Assembly (NCBI RefSeq): GCF_006345805.1 | Contig: NC_043005.1 | Coordinates: forward strand, 47,554,001 to 47,618,000 | DNA: 64,000 nt | DNA from: Octopus sinensis | Taxonomy: Eukaryota | Reading direction: 5' to 3' | Shown: positions 52,074 to 63,990 of the stretch, piece by piece | Numbering within the stretch: position 1 is the stretch's first letter | How the letters are laid out: each line of letters opens with the position of its first letter | Program-made: the position numbers and the translations under genes | The notes under the pieces: generated by a model | What the model was told of the DNA's origin: nothing | Seen by the model: the letters and a program-made list of their open reading frames with translations, nothing else | Database searches by the model: none

Positions 52074-53035
52074 TCATTAGAAAGTGAGATACACACAGAC
52101 AGACAAACAGAACAAGAGAAAGATAGTGAGAGAAACAGAGAAAGATGGGGACTGATGAGAAGATGAACTATCATGTATTTCTAGAAGAACCATATTTCTA
52201 TTGATATAAAGACAATGTGCAGATATTGAGATTAAACAGCAGCAAAGAATGCTACATTTGATGCTGTGACCTTATGACACACGAGAATCAAGTTCAGATT
52301 TTCACTAATCCACTGAGTCACAATAAAACTATAGGAGATAATATATATTTCAACAGATATTCCCAACTAATGTATAACGTTTAACCTAACAATTATATTA
52401 AAGTCATGTAAATGGAAACCTTAGAAATATAATACTATTTATTTCAATGACATTCAAAAGACCTATAAGCGTTAGGCAAACAATGAGGATATGTTGTTAT
52501 GTAGATGTCAGCATGGCCTGATGATGTCATCGAGTGTCTAAGTTACTAGGAATATGTATTACAGACGTATTACGTACTAAATTCCATGCTTAAATGCTAG
52601 TATTACGTAATACGAACATGTGAGTGTGTACAATCCTCTTATGCATAAGTACTGGTACAGGGCATGACTGAATGGTTAAAAAGATCGTTTCAAAAGCATG
52701 ACATTCCAGTTTTGATACTACACAATGCTGCAGCTAAGACAATATAGCCCCAGGTCATCCAAAGACTTGCAGGAGAACTTTATTAAATGGATATTATTTG
52801 GAAGCTTGTTGAATAACTCAACTGATCTTCAAATATGCCATATTCTTTCAGGTAGCTAAATTCTAAAGAGATTATGAGCAAAATTCTTTAACAATTTAGA
52901 ATTGGATCAAGTCATCCTCATAATTTTTACAATATGAAATAGACAAGAGAGAAATCTTTTCAAACCTTACATCATATATAACAAATGACCCAAACTTAGT
53001 AACTCTAAATATCTCTATCTATATCTAAATCTATC

Positions 53036-53124
<89 letters not shown>

Positions 53125-53768
53125 ATTTCTTTATTGCCCACAAGGGGCTAAACATAGACTGACAGTTTCAAATTCAGTTTCAAATTTTGGCACATGGCAG
53201 CTGTTTGGGGGAGGAGTAAGTTGAATTCAGCAACCCGTGTGCTCATCTGGTAATTGTTTCTTCACCCCCAAAAGGATGAAAGGCAAAATCGACCTTGGTG
53301 GAATTTGAACTCAGAACGTAAAAAATCTAATTTAATATATTAATTATCATTTCTGGAGAAATAGACTTTCTTTGTCATTCGAAATATTTAAGAAACAACA
53401 CAAGTAGTTCATGTAAAAATGATATCTTCCATAGGAGTAGTTTATTTTGCTACCGAAAATCATTTACAATGACATTCATTTAAGTTGGCATTTTGTTGCT
53501 GAAAATGGATAAACAGTCAACTTGCATTTTCAAAAAAATCCCTCATTGATTTTCATTTATTTTAACACCTCATAAATTGCTTTGCCTATCTATATTCACT
53601 TTTGACACAAAAATTATGAATGAAAGCTATGAGCTCATCTTCAATTAAACATATGTATGTAAATAGAATAGGATTATTGCATTAAGTAGAGAACATTTCA
53701 TTTTCATCAGAATTCCCCATTTTTGTACTCTCATCTTTTATACTCATTATCTTTTGTTCTTTTAATAT

Positions 53769-54180
53769 TTCTTTATTGCCCACAAGGAGCTAAACATAGA
53801 GGAGACAAACAAGGACAGACAAAGGGATTAAGTCAATTACATCGCCCCCAGTGCGTAATTAGTACTTAATTTATTGACCCTGAAAGGATGAAAGGCAAAG
53901 TCGACCTCAGCGGAATTTGAACTCAGAGCGTAACGGCAGACGAAATACCTGTTTCTTTACTACTCACAAGGGGCTAAACACAGAGAGGACAAACAAGGAC
54001 AGACAAATGGATTAAGTCGATTATATCGACCCCAGTGCGTAACTGGTACGAATTTAATCGACCCTGAAAGGATGAAAGGCAAAGTCGACCTCACCGGAAT
54101 TTGAACTCAGAATGAAGCAGCTGACGAAATACCGCTAAGCATTTTGCCCAGCGTGCTAATGCTTCTGCCAGCTCACTACC
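53769..54180 (-). mobile_element. SINE-B full copy (53951-54180) plus a tandem 5'-truncated copy (53769-53950)
   Basis: Two consecutive blocks ...gacaaacaaggacagacaaa...gaaaggatgaaaggcaaagtcgacctc...gacgaaatacc. Confidence 0.9.
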
Positions 54181-54199
54181 TTTCTTTCTTTCATTCTTT

Positions 54200-54420
54200 T
54201 AAGGCCACAAACTGGTAGAATCATCACTGTGCTGGGCAAAAGGCTTAGCAGCATTTCATCTATCTTTATGCTCTGAATTCAAATTCTGCTGAGGTCAACT
54301 TCGCTTTTCGTCCCTTCAGGCTTGATAGAAAAAAAAGTACCAGTCATTTACAGGGCTCAATGCAATTGACTTATCCCCACCCCAAAATAGCTGGCCTGGT
54401 CCCAAAATTTGAAATCATTA
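54200..54420 (+). mobile_element. SINE family B, head-to-head with 53951-54180
   Basis: ctggtagaatcatcactgtgctgggcaaaaggcttagc...ctctgaattcaaattctgctgaggtcaac. Confidence 0.75.
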
Positions 54421-54721
54421 TCTTTTATTCTTTTCCCTACATCATACATATCATTAAAAAAAAAAAAACTTTTCACTTTCCATGCATTTACTTTGGCACT
54501 ATATTTTTATATTCCAAGATGATATTTTAGCAACAAGTTTTGTACGCACGAAAAAAATAAACCACAAAACATATTTCAAATTATATGTTGTATTTGGAAG
54601 ATAAAAAGCACTGGTGTAGCTAGAGTGTGTGACACCATGGGCAGCCTTTGAATCTGGTGACCCTTTGCTCCTCATACAGACTTATACAGTAGACCAAAAG
54701 GTGCCACCTGGGGAAGCAATT

Positions 54722-54778
<57 letters not shown>

Positions 54779-56819
54779 GTCTGTCTGTCTGTCTGCCTGT
54801 CTGTCTGTCTGTCTGTCTATCTATGCATGTGTGTGTGTATATATGTATATGAATGTATGTATCCTCTGCTTATTGGTTACTTTCCCCTACCCCTGAACCA
54901 TTTCCATTTCTTGTTATCTTAGTTTTTGATACAATGGTTGGCAGCGGGGTTAATATTTGCCAGTTTGAAAACCACTATTCCATTTAACACGATAAAAAAT
55001 TAAAATGGCCAAGAAGCTAAAGAAATGCTAATTAGCTTCTGCGGCAATAGAATTGTTACTGGCATTGAAAACAACAAATACGGTTTGAGGGATGATTCTG
55101 AAAAGTCTTCAGTCAAAATGTCATATATTACAAATTGCTTTCATTGGCAATAAAATCTATCTGCAAATCTACTAATAGCAGTACAGCCTGAGAGTAGGGT
55201 TCTGATTTATGCTACAGTAGTAAAATACAACTTGTTGTTTATCTGATGAAATACTAAGTCTTTACATAGCCAGTACTAAGTGCCAGCAAACATAATCCAT
55301 TAGACAAGGAAATAAATGAGAAGCCTAGGATACAGTGACAAAATAGTTTTCTGCTAAAACATCTCTTGCATTGATAAGCATCTGTTGGACAAATGTGAGC
55401 TTCAGATTTATCATGTCTGACATTGTTTTATTGGCAGCTCTGCTTAACTGATTGTCTCTATCATGTTAGATGAGTTGTGACCTGCTTTCAGTTGACACAT
55501 GACATGATAAAAACAGTGAATATTAACTGTTACTCAAGCTTTGCATTGTAAAGCAACAAAGGAATTATAAACAGCGCTGACAACTTCTCTTTTCTCACAC
55601 TGCCGATATCTAACAGTGTTCTTTAGAAACAAATTGATAAACTGACAGAAAAGTTCCTACTAGATCGTCCAACCATTTATCATGAGTCTAAATAAAATGA
55701 CATTGACAATATATAAGGATTATTTTTCTCAGAAAGAGATGCATTACATGTTATAGCGAGAGATGAAGCTTATTACATGATTACCGTAAAGAAGATTTAG
55801 AGTAGTGATATTACTTTTTAAGTGGTATTACATGGAAAGGGTTGAGTGTACAACCTTTTGGACCATAGAAGCAAGGGTAGATTCAATTATTGATCTCTGA
55901 CTTGAAATGTAATAAGCCAAGACTTGCTATGAATGTTCCTTCATGTAAATGTATGTTGAGAGGAATAAATCATGAAGAAAACAACAACTGCCACATCTAA
56001 AACATTCTGTCAAAGTGAATTAAACATAAAAATAATGGTGCAAACATCTGATGGATTTTAAGTCAGTTACTTTTACATGAGTTAAACTATAAATACAGAG
56101 TATTTTGTTTTATAATAAATATTAAATTAAGGGAAATGATACACTGTAGCAGATAGATTTAGTGCCTAACATTGTATTTTTGTTCCAATGTTTGTGACAA
56201 GCACTATAAATCAGTAGCTCTCTGACAAATTGAACCAACAAATCAGTTTTGATTTCTGATCAGGACTGCTGCCTTAACGTGGTGTTTTTCTTATTTTTTT
56301 TTTTCTTATATTCTTTCCATAATTCCAGTGTATAAGCTCCACAAACTGATAGCAAGCTCCCAGAAAAAGCCAACCACGAGAGTTTATGTTGATTCTCAGT
56401 TCCAGACATTACTGGAACGTTTGGAGATGGGTGATCTCTGGGAGACTAGCATTTCTTTTGGCAAACTATATGGAGAAACGGAGAGGAATTATTTGGTGGT
56501 GTTCCATACTTTTTGTTTTGCAAGCCAAAGACTTTGTGTCAAATTAGGAAATTGTTGTTATTAAAAGTAGCACAATCACTGCAACAATACAAAATTGAAG
56601 TATATTTACCTCACAGAAGTATTTGAAATGAACATCTCACATTAACCCTTAATATTATTTCAAATATACTTCTAATAGCTTTCTAAATTCTTATCAACTA
56701 GAAATACCTTCTCTGCCCTTCTTGGGTCATTTCCTACATAATTCCTATAGCTCAATTACTTATAGTTCTATTATATATTAAAAGTTAGTTTTTAATCTTT
56801 GCGTGTGCATACATATATA

Positions 56820-57109
56820 TATAATGAATGAGGGAAACAAAATGGATTTAGCAAAAATCTTTATTCAGCACAACGATCGTTTCAACCCATCCTGCATCTG
56901 TCCTTTACAAGTGGGATATAGTATATAGTGCATCTAGTTGTGTTGCATCCATCAATGCAGGCTGTGTCTCATCAGGTGTTGTCTGATGTAAATAAGATAT
57001 ACTGAGATTCGCTTGGCATGTTGTTGTTTCCCGCTGTGTTGGCTACACTGGCATAGGATGGAATAAAGATCCTTGCTAAATCCATTTTCCATTTCCCTCG
57101 TTCATTATA
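56820..57109. mobile_element. ~290-bp element with 47/49-bp terminal inverted repeats enclosing a hammerhead
   Basis: 56820-56866 tataatgaatgagggaaacaaaatggatttagcaaaaatctttattc versus the reverse complement of 57061-57109, tataatgaacgagggaaatggaaaatggatttagcaaggatctttattc. Confidence 0.85.
56866..56981 (-). ncRNA. Type I hammerhead ribozyme, intact core, long stem II
   Basis: Minus strand: CAACAC CTGATGA GACACAGCCTGCAT...ATGCAGGATGGGTT GAAAC GATC GTT^GTGCTG AATAAA. Stem I pairs 5 of 6, basal stem II pairs 12 of 14, and the palindrome is ACGATCGT. Confidence 0.88.
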
Positions 57110-58054
57110 AATTTAACAAACACTGTAGGATTCCTGACATAGATCTAGTGACAATTATATCATAACTGTAGATGACATCAGATAGCCTAAATGGTTAAAG
57201 TGCTCTAATCGACATACTACTAGCCATCTACCCCAAGTCCAAATAACTACCTCTGTGTGTGTGTGTGTGTGTATACACACACTATGCTATAGTCAGTTGT
57301 TATGATTATGACGATTCATGATGCTGGCATAACTTGATAAGCTTTCTCCATACTGGTCATATTTTCGCTTGTGTTTACCATTTATACATATTGTGTTTGC
57401 ATAAGTAAATTCTTTTCATGTAGAAAAACAAGTGCAAATAATTTTGGTTGAGCCATCATTCCTACTATATGTTATGCACTTAGAATGATTTGAAGTTAGC
57501 ACTTCCGCTTAATAAAATGCTTGTTGATTTTACAATTCTGCCACCTCATATAACAAGCAGTTGCTCTCACACTCTTGTCACTTATACTGTGAACTGGGCC
57601 ATTTCAAAGCAAACTAACTCAACAAGGTTCTGATGGTAGGATACAAACTTGTTCTGTCAAGTGGTTGTCCACTATGCTATCAAGTAAATTCAGGTGTCTG
57701 AGGAAAATGAAGTGAAGGCAGTCTGCATTCGCAAAAGTTAATCAATAAATGTTCGTAAAGCAAAAATAAGTATCAGAAGTTGATTGGATGTGAGGAGCGA
57801 GAAATCAAATGTCTTACACACCTTTTTTTTTTTTTATAGAGACAGTATATCAAAGTCTTAATGTCATAGTTTAGTTGTGAAATTGCAAATGAGAAATAGA
57901 AAAGGTGAAGGAATGCTGTGGTAAAGAATTGTCGGGGAAAGAAGAGGAAAGGCTAGTGTTACGCAATAGAACCTATGTACACACAGCTAAATTGGAAGGA
58001 GATTAAGCTATCAGTCAAAATTTGTCTCCTCTTATAAGAGGAGTTTCTACTCTT

Positions 58055-58110
58055 ATACAAGAAAGTGCTGAAAAGTTCCAGGATTGGGGTAAAAGAAAAT
58101 ACAGGAGGCT
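58055..58110 (+). mobile_element. mariner-type terminal fragment
   Basis: tacaagaaagtgctgaaaagttccagg resembles TACGAGGG..CTGAAAAGTT mariner TIRs; no partner end was found. Confidence 0.4.
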
Positions 58111-58892
58111 CTGATGATGATGTAATATATCTGTTATCATTTTCTTTCACTTGTTTCAATCAATAGACTATGACCATGCTTGAAGAGATTTAGAAAAAAG
58201 TAGAAAGATATATTTTTTCAACACATAAATACCGAACAGTATATATAAAGGATAAAATCCTTTTAAGTGCAGAAAAATTTGCCGGCAAACTTTTCTGCTC
58301 TATATATATGTATATGTGCATACTTGTAAATATATGCATATGTTGATTTCTCTGTATGTGTGTATTAGGAATGCACTTGGTTGGAGTGGGTTCATGACTG
58401 ACTTGTGTTACTTCTAAATTTGCTACACCATGCCATTCCCCAAATTTTTATACATTTATTTGTATGCAGCCAGGAGGACAAGTGGGGATCATTGCAGACA
58501 AATTGATAGCTTTAATTTATAACTTGGCGTCAGCATTATTGATCAGCAAAGAGGAAACTAATATGGGTCTTATTCATAGAAAATTGACAAAGATATCATA
58601 ATTAATGTAGTTTGTCTATTGAAATAAAAGCTTAAAGTTTAAGGAAAGTAATTGACAAAATCGTGGAAATAGTAGCATTCATCAAGAATTTATAAGGGGC
58701 CTTGTGCACTAAGGTGCACTTGATGAGGACACATATTTGTGGAGTGTGTGTAGGTTCTGTCTATGTATACACATACATATACATATATATATATCCATAC
58801 ACACATACATACACAGTATATATACATACATACATATCTGTATATGTACATTCATACATACATACATATATACATATATATACATATATATA

Positions 58893-58943
<51 letters not shown>

Positions 58944-59097
58944 TGTGTCTTTTGTTGTTCGAAAGAATAGTTCATGCTCCATATACTCGTGCTTCATATT
59001 TTTTTGTTGTACATGTTTTGTGACGTCCTGCGCCCACATGTGCATATATATATGTATAGATAGATATAAGTATGTACATATACGTATGTATTTATGC

Positions 59098-59129
<32 letters not shown>

Positions 59130-59133
59130 CTGT

Positions 59134-59391
59134 AGTGAAAATTTTCCTGATCATATAACCCCTAATATTCGGCCTCCTAATTTCCCAGATCTCAATCCAT
59201 TGGACTATCACATGTGGAGCGTTGTTGAGTGAGAGGTCAATGAACATGCCCATAATACCAAAGATTCTTTGAAAGCTGCCATAGTCAGAGTAATGTCTCA
59301 AATGAACCAGGACCACTTGATTCGAGCATGCAGATGATATAGATCTCATACAGAAGCAGTTATTGATGCTGAAGGTGGCTTTATTGAATAA
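59134..59391 (+). pseudogene. Tc1/mariner (maT/DD37D-like) transposase C-terminal relic
   Basis: ENFPDHITPNIRPPNFPDLNPLDYHMWSVVE*EVNEHAHNTKDSLKAAIVRVM...LIRACR*YRSHTEAVIDAEGGFIE*; third catalytic residue D in the PDLNPLD motif. Confidence 0.85.
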
Positions 59392-60459
59392 TATTATAGG
59401 AATGAAGCTTTATTTTTATCCTCATAGCATTTTTTGATAACTAAAATTATCTGTTATTATATATCTGTTTTTTTAATAAACATCAGTCTGTCCTCATATA
59501 GCTTATGCACCCTGTATATGTATATATATATATATGTGTGTATATATACACTGACACACACACACACACACACACATACACACACATGCATTCACACACA
59601 TACACACACATATAAGTGTATATATATATATATATATATAATGAAATTAATAAATATCAGGAGAACAGAAATTTACACATGCTAGCCACCAGGATTATAT
59701 ATCCCTTGGAACCATTTTTGGAAACATACATAGTCCAAGATGTCAAAGTGGCAAATTTTCTGTTTGTTTACTTCATCATATGTTTTGATATATAGCATTG
59801 TTTGTTTCATTTATGCCTTTTTTTAATCAGTGATAATATACATTCTGTTTTTAGGGCTCTTTGAAAGTTTTGTTGTTTTGAAGTGTTTGAAAAAGTGCCA
59901 AAATCTTTACATTTTTAATCAAGTTGATTAAGTCTGTTTCAAAATATTGGTGTGAAACACAAATCAACCTGATCAACATCGTGGACTTTTACACTTCCAC
60001 ATTTAATTTCCTTCTTCTGAAATCCCTATTCTATGAGAGACAATACACTGGGATTTATGTTTGAGGCATCAGAATAATGATGGTTGCTTGAAGGTCACTC
60101 TTGCATCATACTTGTTCTTACAAGGTCAAAACAGAAGGTGACCCTTCTATATTTGACCTCTGCATCAAAAGTTGTTGGATAGATGTCAAAAATTTCATTG
60201 GATATCTATACAGGACACCAATAAGAAGCATACTTCGCCCTGTAGGGCAACCTTGTACAGAAGATTCTGTCTTTTTAAGAACATGTGGGGGTTCTTTACT
60301 GGCTAACTTTAAACCACCACCTGTTAATGCTGTCTCTTAACATCTTACTATAATTCTGTCCGTTGCTTTCTTCAGAATCCTTTTAAAGGATGGCTCTTAT
60401 TCCACCTGATAGCATTTCAAGACACTACTTGCAGATAATAATGTCAAGGGAAATTTATC

Positions 60460-60612
60460 TGGTTGGCGTTAGGAAGGGCATCCAGCTGTAGAAACATTGC
60501 CAGATAAGACTGGAGCCTAGTGCAGCCTTCTGGCTTCCCAGATCCCCGGTCGAACCGTCCAACCCATGCTAGCATGGAGAACGGACGTTAAACGATGATG
60601 ATGATGATGATG
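60460..60612 (+). mobile_element. Young 5'-truncated RTE insertion with a 7-bp TSD
   Basis: I count 3 mismatches in about 132 nt against the RTE 3' end at 30340-30472. ATTTATC lies at 60453-59 and 60613-19; (GAT)n tail. Confidence 0.9.
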
Positions 60613-61439
60613 ATTTATCAAATGTGCTCCTTCAGGTTCAGGAAATCCATGACCAGGAAATCATTTCCAGACAGCACAATCTAAGGCATTCTGGAGAAAG
60701 TTCATCTGCTCAGAAAATATTGCTGTCATTCTTGTCTCAGTGAAAAACTGCACATTTTGCAACAGTTAAATATATATTTTAAGAAAGAAACTGAGCTACT
60801 AAGCTGTTAGCTTTCATAAACTTTCTTGGATACCAGCATTAACGTTCTGTAATCCATTGCAATGCTTCATAGACTTTTATGATTGTAATATCACCATTCA
60901 GAACAATAAAAGCTACTTCTTCACATGATACATCAGACTTCTACCAGTGATCCTGCTATTAGCAAGTAGCATCCCTATTCAGTAGCATTCAGCTGTCAAT
61001 AGCAGTTACAGTCACCTAACAGCCATTGTATGTCAACATCTACCAATTACACTTGGGTGATCTAATGATCTAACCAACTAATGAGAATGATAGTCATGCA
61101 TCATTCAATGGTAACCAGCTTTAACTGGAAGGTAGGAAAGATTTGCTATTCAGCAGCAGGCATTCAAAGACTCAGAAATATTTTTCTTAATTCTGGGAAA
61201 GTTTAAGTGAAGCAGTTCTGAGTTAACTTCGTAATAAGTTAAAGTGATGATAAAACTACTTAATTCAAAGTGGTAATAAACGCTACTTTTTGGTTTGTAT
61301 ACTGCTTCTATCTTTGACAGAGACTTTCAAACAGACTAGTTTTCTAGTTACAAGATCAGTGATTGTATGACACTGTATTTTCTATCTATTGCAAGCGAGG
61401 TCAGACTAATACCATGCTTGACAAATGAATGCACACCAC

Positions 61440-61600
61440 TAAAATGATCCAATAGGACCAAAATCACATGATCGTATGGTCTCTGAGTTAGGTGGCCAGA
61501 GTTCTCTCCCACTTGCACTGAATATCGAGTGCAAAAGTGCACTGAATGACCAGCTGGAGGAGATGCCTTCTTGGGGGTAAAATAGCCATATCGTTGGTTA
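61440..61600 (-). pseudogene. Possible mariner catalytic-domain relic
   Basis: WPPNSETIRSCDF resembles WPPNSPDLNPCDF; short and degenerate. Confidence 0.35.
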
Positions 61601-61769
61601 TTAGAGAACACATTCATTAAAGTGACAATAAACGCTATTTTGTAATATATATAAACTTCATAAAATCTCTCGCGCATTCTGTCCTTTCATTTGTAGATCT
61701 ATCTCTCTTCTCTCTCCTTCTCTCTTTATATATATATATGTGTGTGTGTGTACACACACACACACATAC

Positions 61770-61836
<67 letters not shown>

Positions 61837-61838
<2 letters not shown>

Positions 61839-62260
61839 CGCAGGAGTGGCTGTGTGGTAAGTAGCTTGTTTACCAACCACATGGTTCCGGGTTCAGTCCC
61901 ACTGCGTGGCACCTTGGGCAAGTGTCTTCTTCTATAGCCTCGGGCCGACGAAAGCCTTGTGAGTGGATTTGGTAGACGGAAACTGAAAGAAGCCCGTCGT
62001 ATATATGTATATATATGTATATATGCGTATGTGTGTTTGTGTGTCTGTGTTTGTTCCCCTAGCATTGCTTGACAACCGATGCTGGTGTGTTTATGTCCCC
62101 GTCACTTAGCGGTTCGGCAAAAGAGACCGATAGAATAAGTACTGGGCTTACAAAAGAATAATTCCCGGGGTCGAGTTGCTCGATTAAAGGCGGTGCCCCA
62201 GCATGGCCGCAGTCAAATGACTGAAACAAGTAAAAGAGTAAAAGAGAGTAAAAGAGAGTA
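61837..62260 (+). mobile_element. SINE family A, best-preserved copy (tRNA-derived head, internal TA/TG microsatellite, AAAGAGT tail)
   Basis: Pol III A-box-like TGGCTGTGTGG at 61847-57 and B-box-like GGTTCAGTCCC at 61890-900; more than 10 related copies in the window. Confidence 0.92.
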
Positions 62261-63289
62261 TATATAGTTAGCATTATAATGTGAAGTGATAATAATAAGC
62301 ATTGACAATAAAAGCAGATTTGATCAACTGCTCAAGCAGATACTCTACCAGACACATTTCTTAAGGTAAAAATACTTTTGTAAATGTTGTTTTTAATGAA
62401 TAAATGACTCTTTAAAGCTTTGGCATTATCATAAGCAGAAATTGACTTATTCTATATGGATATTCTGAGGTAGTCTTATAGAACTCTTAAAGATATCTAC
62501 TGGAGACTATTTTTACATTGAAATTAACAGAGAAAATATATCAAGAATTAGACTGGTTTTGATTGAGAGTACCACTAACAATAATGATGATATTATTGCA
62601 ACAATATGAGAAACTGTGCTGTGAACAATATTATTTGTTCTGGCGAATGCAGATATTTGTCTTTAGCACTGTAAAAAGTATATTTGTTTTGGTCATATAT
62701 TGAAGACTTAAGGGTCAGTAATTTTAAGAATCCAAATGCTAAAGCTGGGTAGAGTGATTCTTCTATTTGTACCATCAGTATCATCAATATAGTATAAGAG
62801 GCAATAATTGTAATTAAAATAATAGATATGATAGCATCTGCTTTTTGATTGATTCTGATATCAATGAGATATATTAGGGTCAACATTAGTTCAGTAGGCC
62901 TTGGCTATAACTACTGCTTTATCTGGCACACATATTATATTGACTCATCTTGTGTCTGCATAATTGAAATTTATTTGAATCATTCTAAATTGAATCAATT
63001 GTCAAATATTTTCAATATAATGCTTGTAAATATTTCATAATTAATAGAAATAATTAATGATTGTATCATTCATAGTTCTTCCTTGGTAATTATAAAATGA
63101 CTTTCGCAAATTAATTATTGGTAAATAGTTTGTAATTATTAATTATTATTTTTAAAAGATAAAGCATTGACTAAAGATGCAAAGATGCCATTGAATAAGA
63201 AAGGATTCAAATGAAGTTTCAAGCAAATCAATACAATAGAAGATCTACTGAGAATAACAATATAGTTTGTTTATTATTATAGTGTCTCT

Positions 63290-63746
63290 AAGGTGGTGAG
63301 CTGGCAGAAACATTAGCATACCAGGTGAAATGCTTTGCAGTATTTTGTCAGTCTTTACGTTCTGAGTTCAAATTCCACTGAGGTTGACTTTGCCTTTCAA
63401 CCTTTCAGGGTCGATAAATTAAGTACCAGTTACATATTGAGCTCAGTCTAATCGATTAGAACCCCACTCCTCAAAAATTTTGGCCCTAGAGTAGAAAAGA
63501 TTATTATAATATCTATAAAGGAGGCAACAAACTGGCAAAATCGTTAGCATGCCAAACAAAATGCTAACAGCATTTCAGCTGTCTTTACATTCTGAGTTCA
63601 AATTCTGCCGAGGTACATTTTGCCATTCATATTTTCAGGGTCGATGAAATAAATACCAGTTACACACTGGGCTCAATGTAATAGACTAACCCCTTCCCTC
63701 AAAATTTCAGGCCTTGTATGTATGTATGTATGTATGTATGTAAAGG

Positions 63747-63802
<56 letters not shown>

Positions 63803-63990
63803 AGGCAGTGAGCTGGCAGAATTGTTAGCACACCGGGCAAAATGCATAGCAGTATTTTGCCCATTGCTACTTTCTGAGTTCAAATTCCACCGAGGTCAAC
63901 TTTGCTTTCATCTTTTCAGGATCGATGAAATAAGTACCAGTTGAGTACTGGGATCAATGTAATCGACTATCACCCTCCCCCAAATTACAT
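63290..63990 (+). mobile_element. Three consecutive SINE-B copies (about 63290-63510, 63520-63715, 63803-63990)
   Basis: Each has g(g/c)tgagctggcagaa..gttagc...ttctgagttcaaattcc...tttcatcctttcagggtcgat...aagtaccag. The central block resembles the conserved domain of Meta/Sauria-type SINEs (from memory, unverified). Confidence 0.85.

Noticed and set aside
10690-59391. Idea that the maT-like 5' half (10690-11397) and 3' half (59134-59391) are ends of one giant inverted element
   Set aside because: They are 48 kb apart on opposite strands with no shared TSD. Independent truncated copies of an abundant family are more parsimonious.
60101-60340. Overlapping sense and antisense open frames in unique DNA
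   Set aside because: No recognisable homology and no convincing splice sites or start context.
61837-61910. tRNA-like segments with A and B boxes
   Set aside because: These are SINE heads. There is no complete cloverleaf, and they are always followed by SINE body sequence.
21-62065. Dozens of YI/VC/HT/YL-rich ORFs in the supplied track
   Set aside because: They are translations of (TA)n, (TG)n and (GATA)n microsatellites or of SINE sequence; no protein-like complexity.
62593-62886. Hydrophobic 97-aa minus-strand ORF (membrane protein candidate)
   Set aside because: AT-rich composition explains the Ile/Leu bias. Another frame shows faint RT-like remnants (AKAY..VD, YIDDT), too degraded to call.
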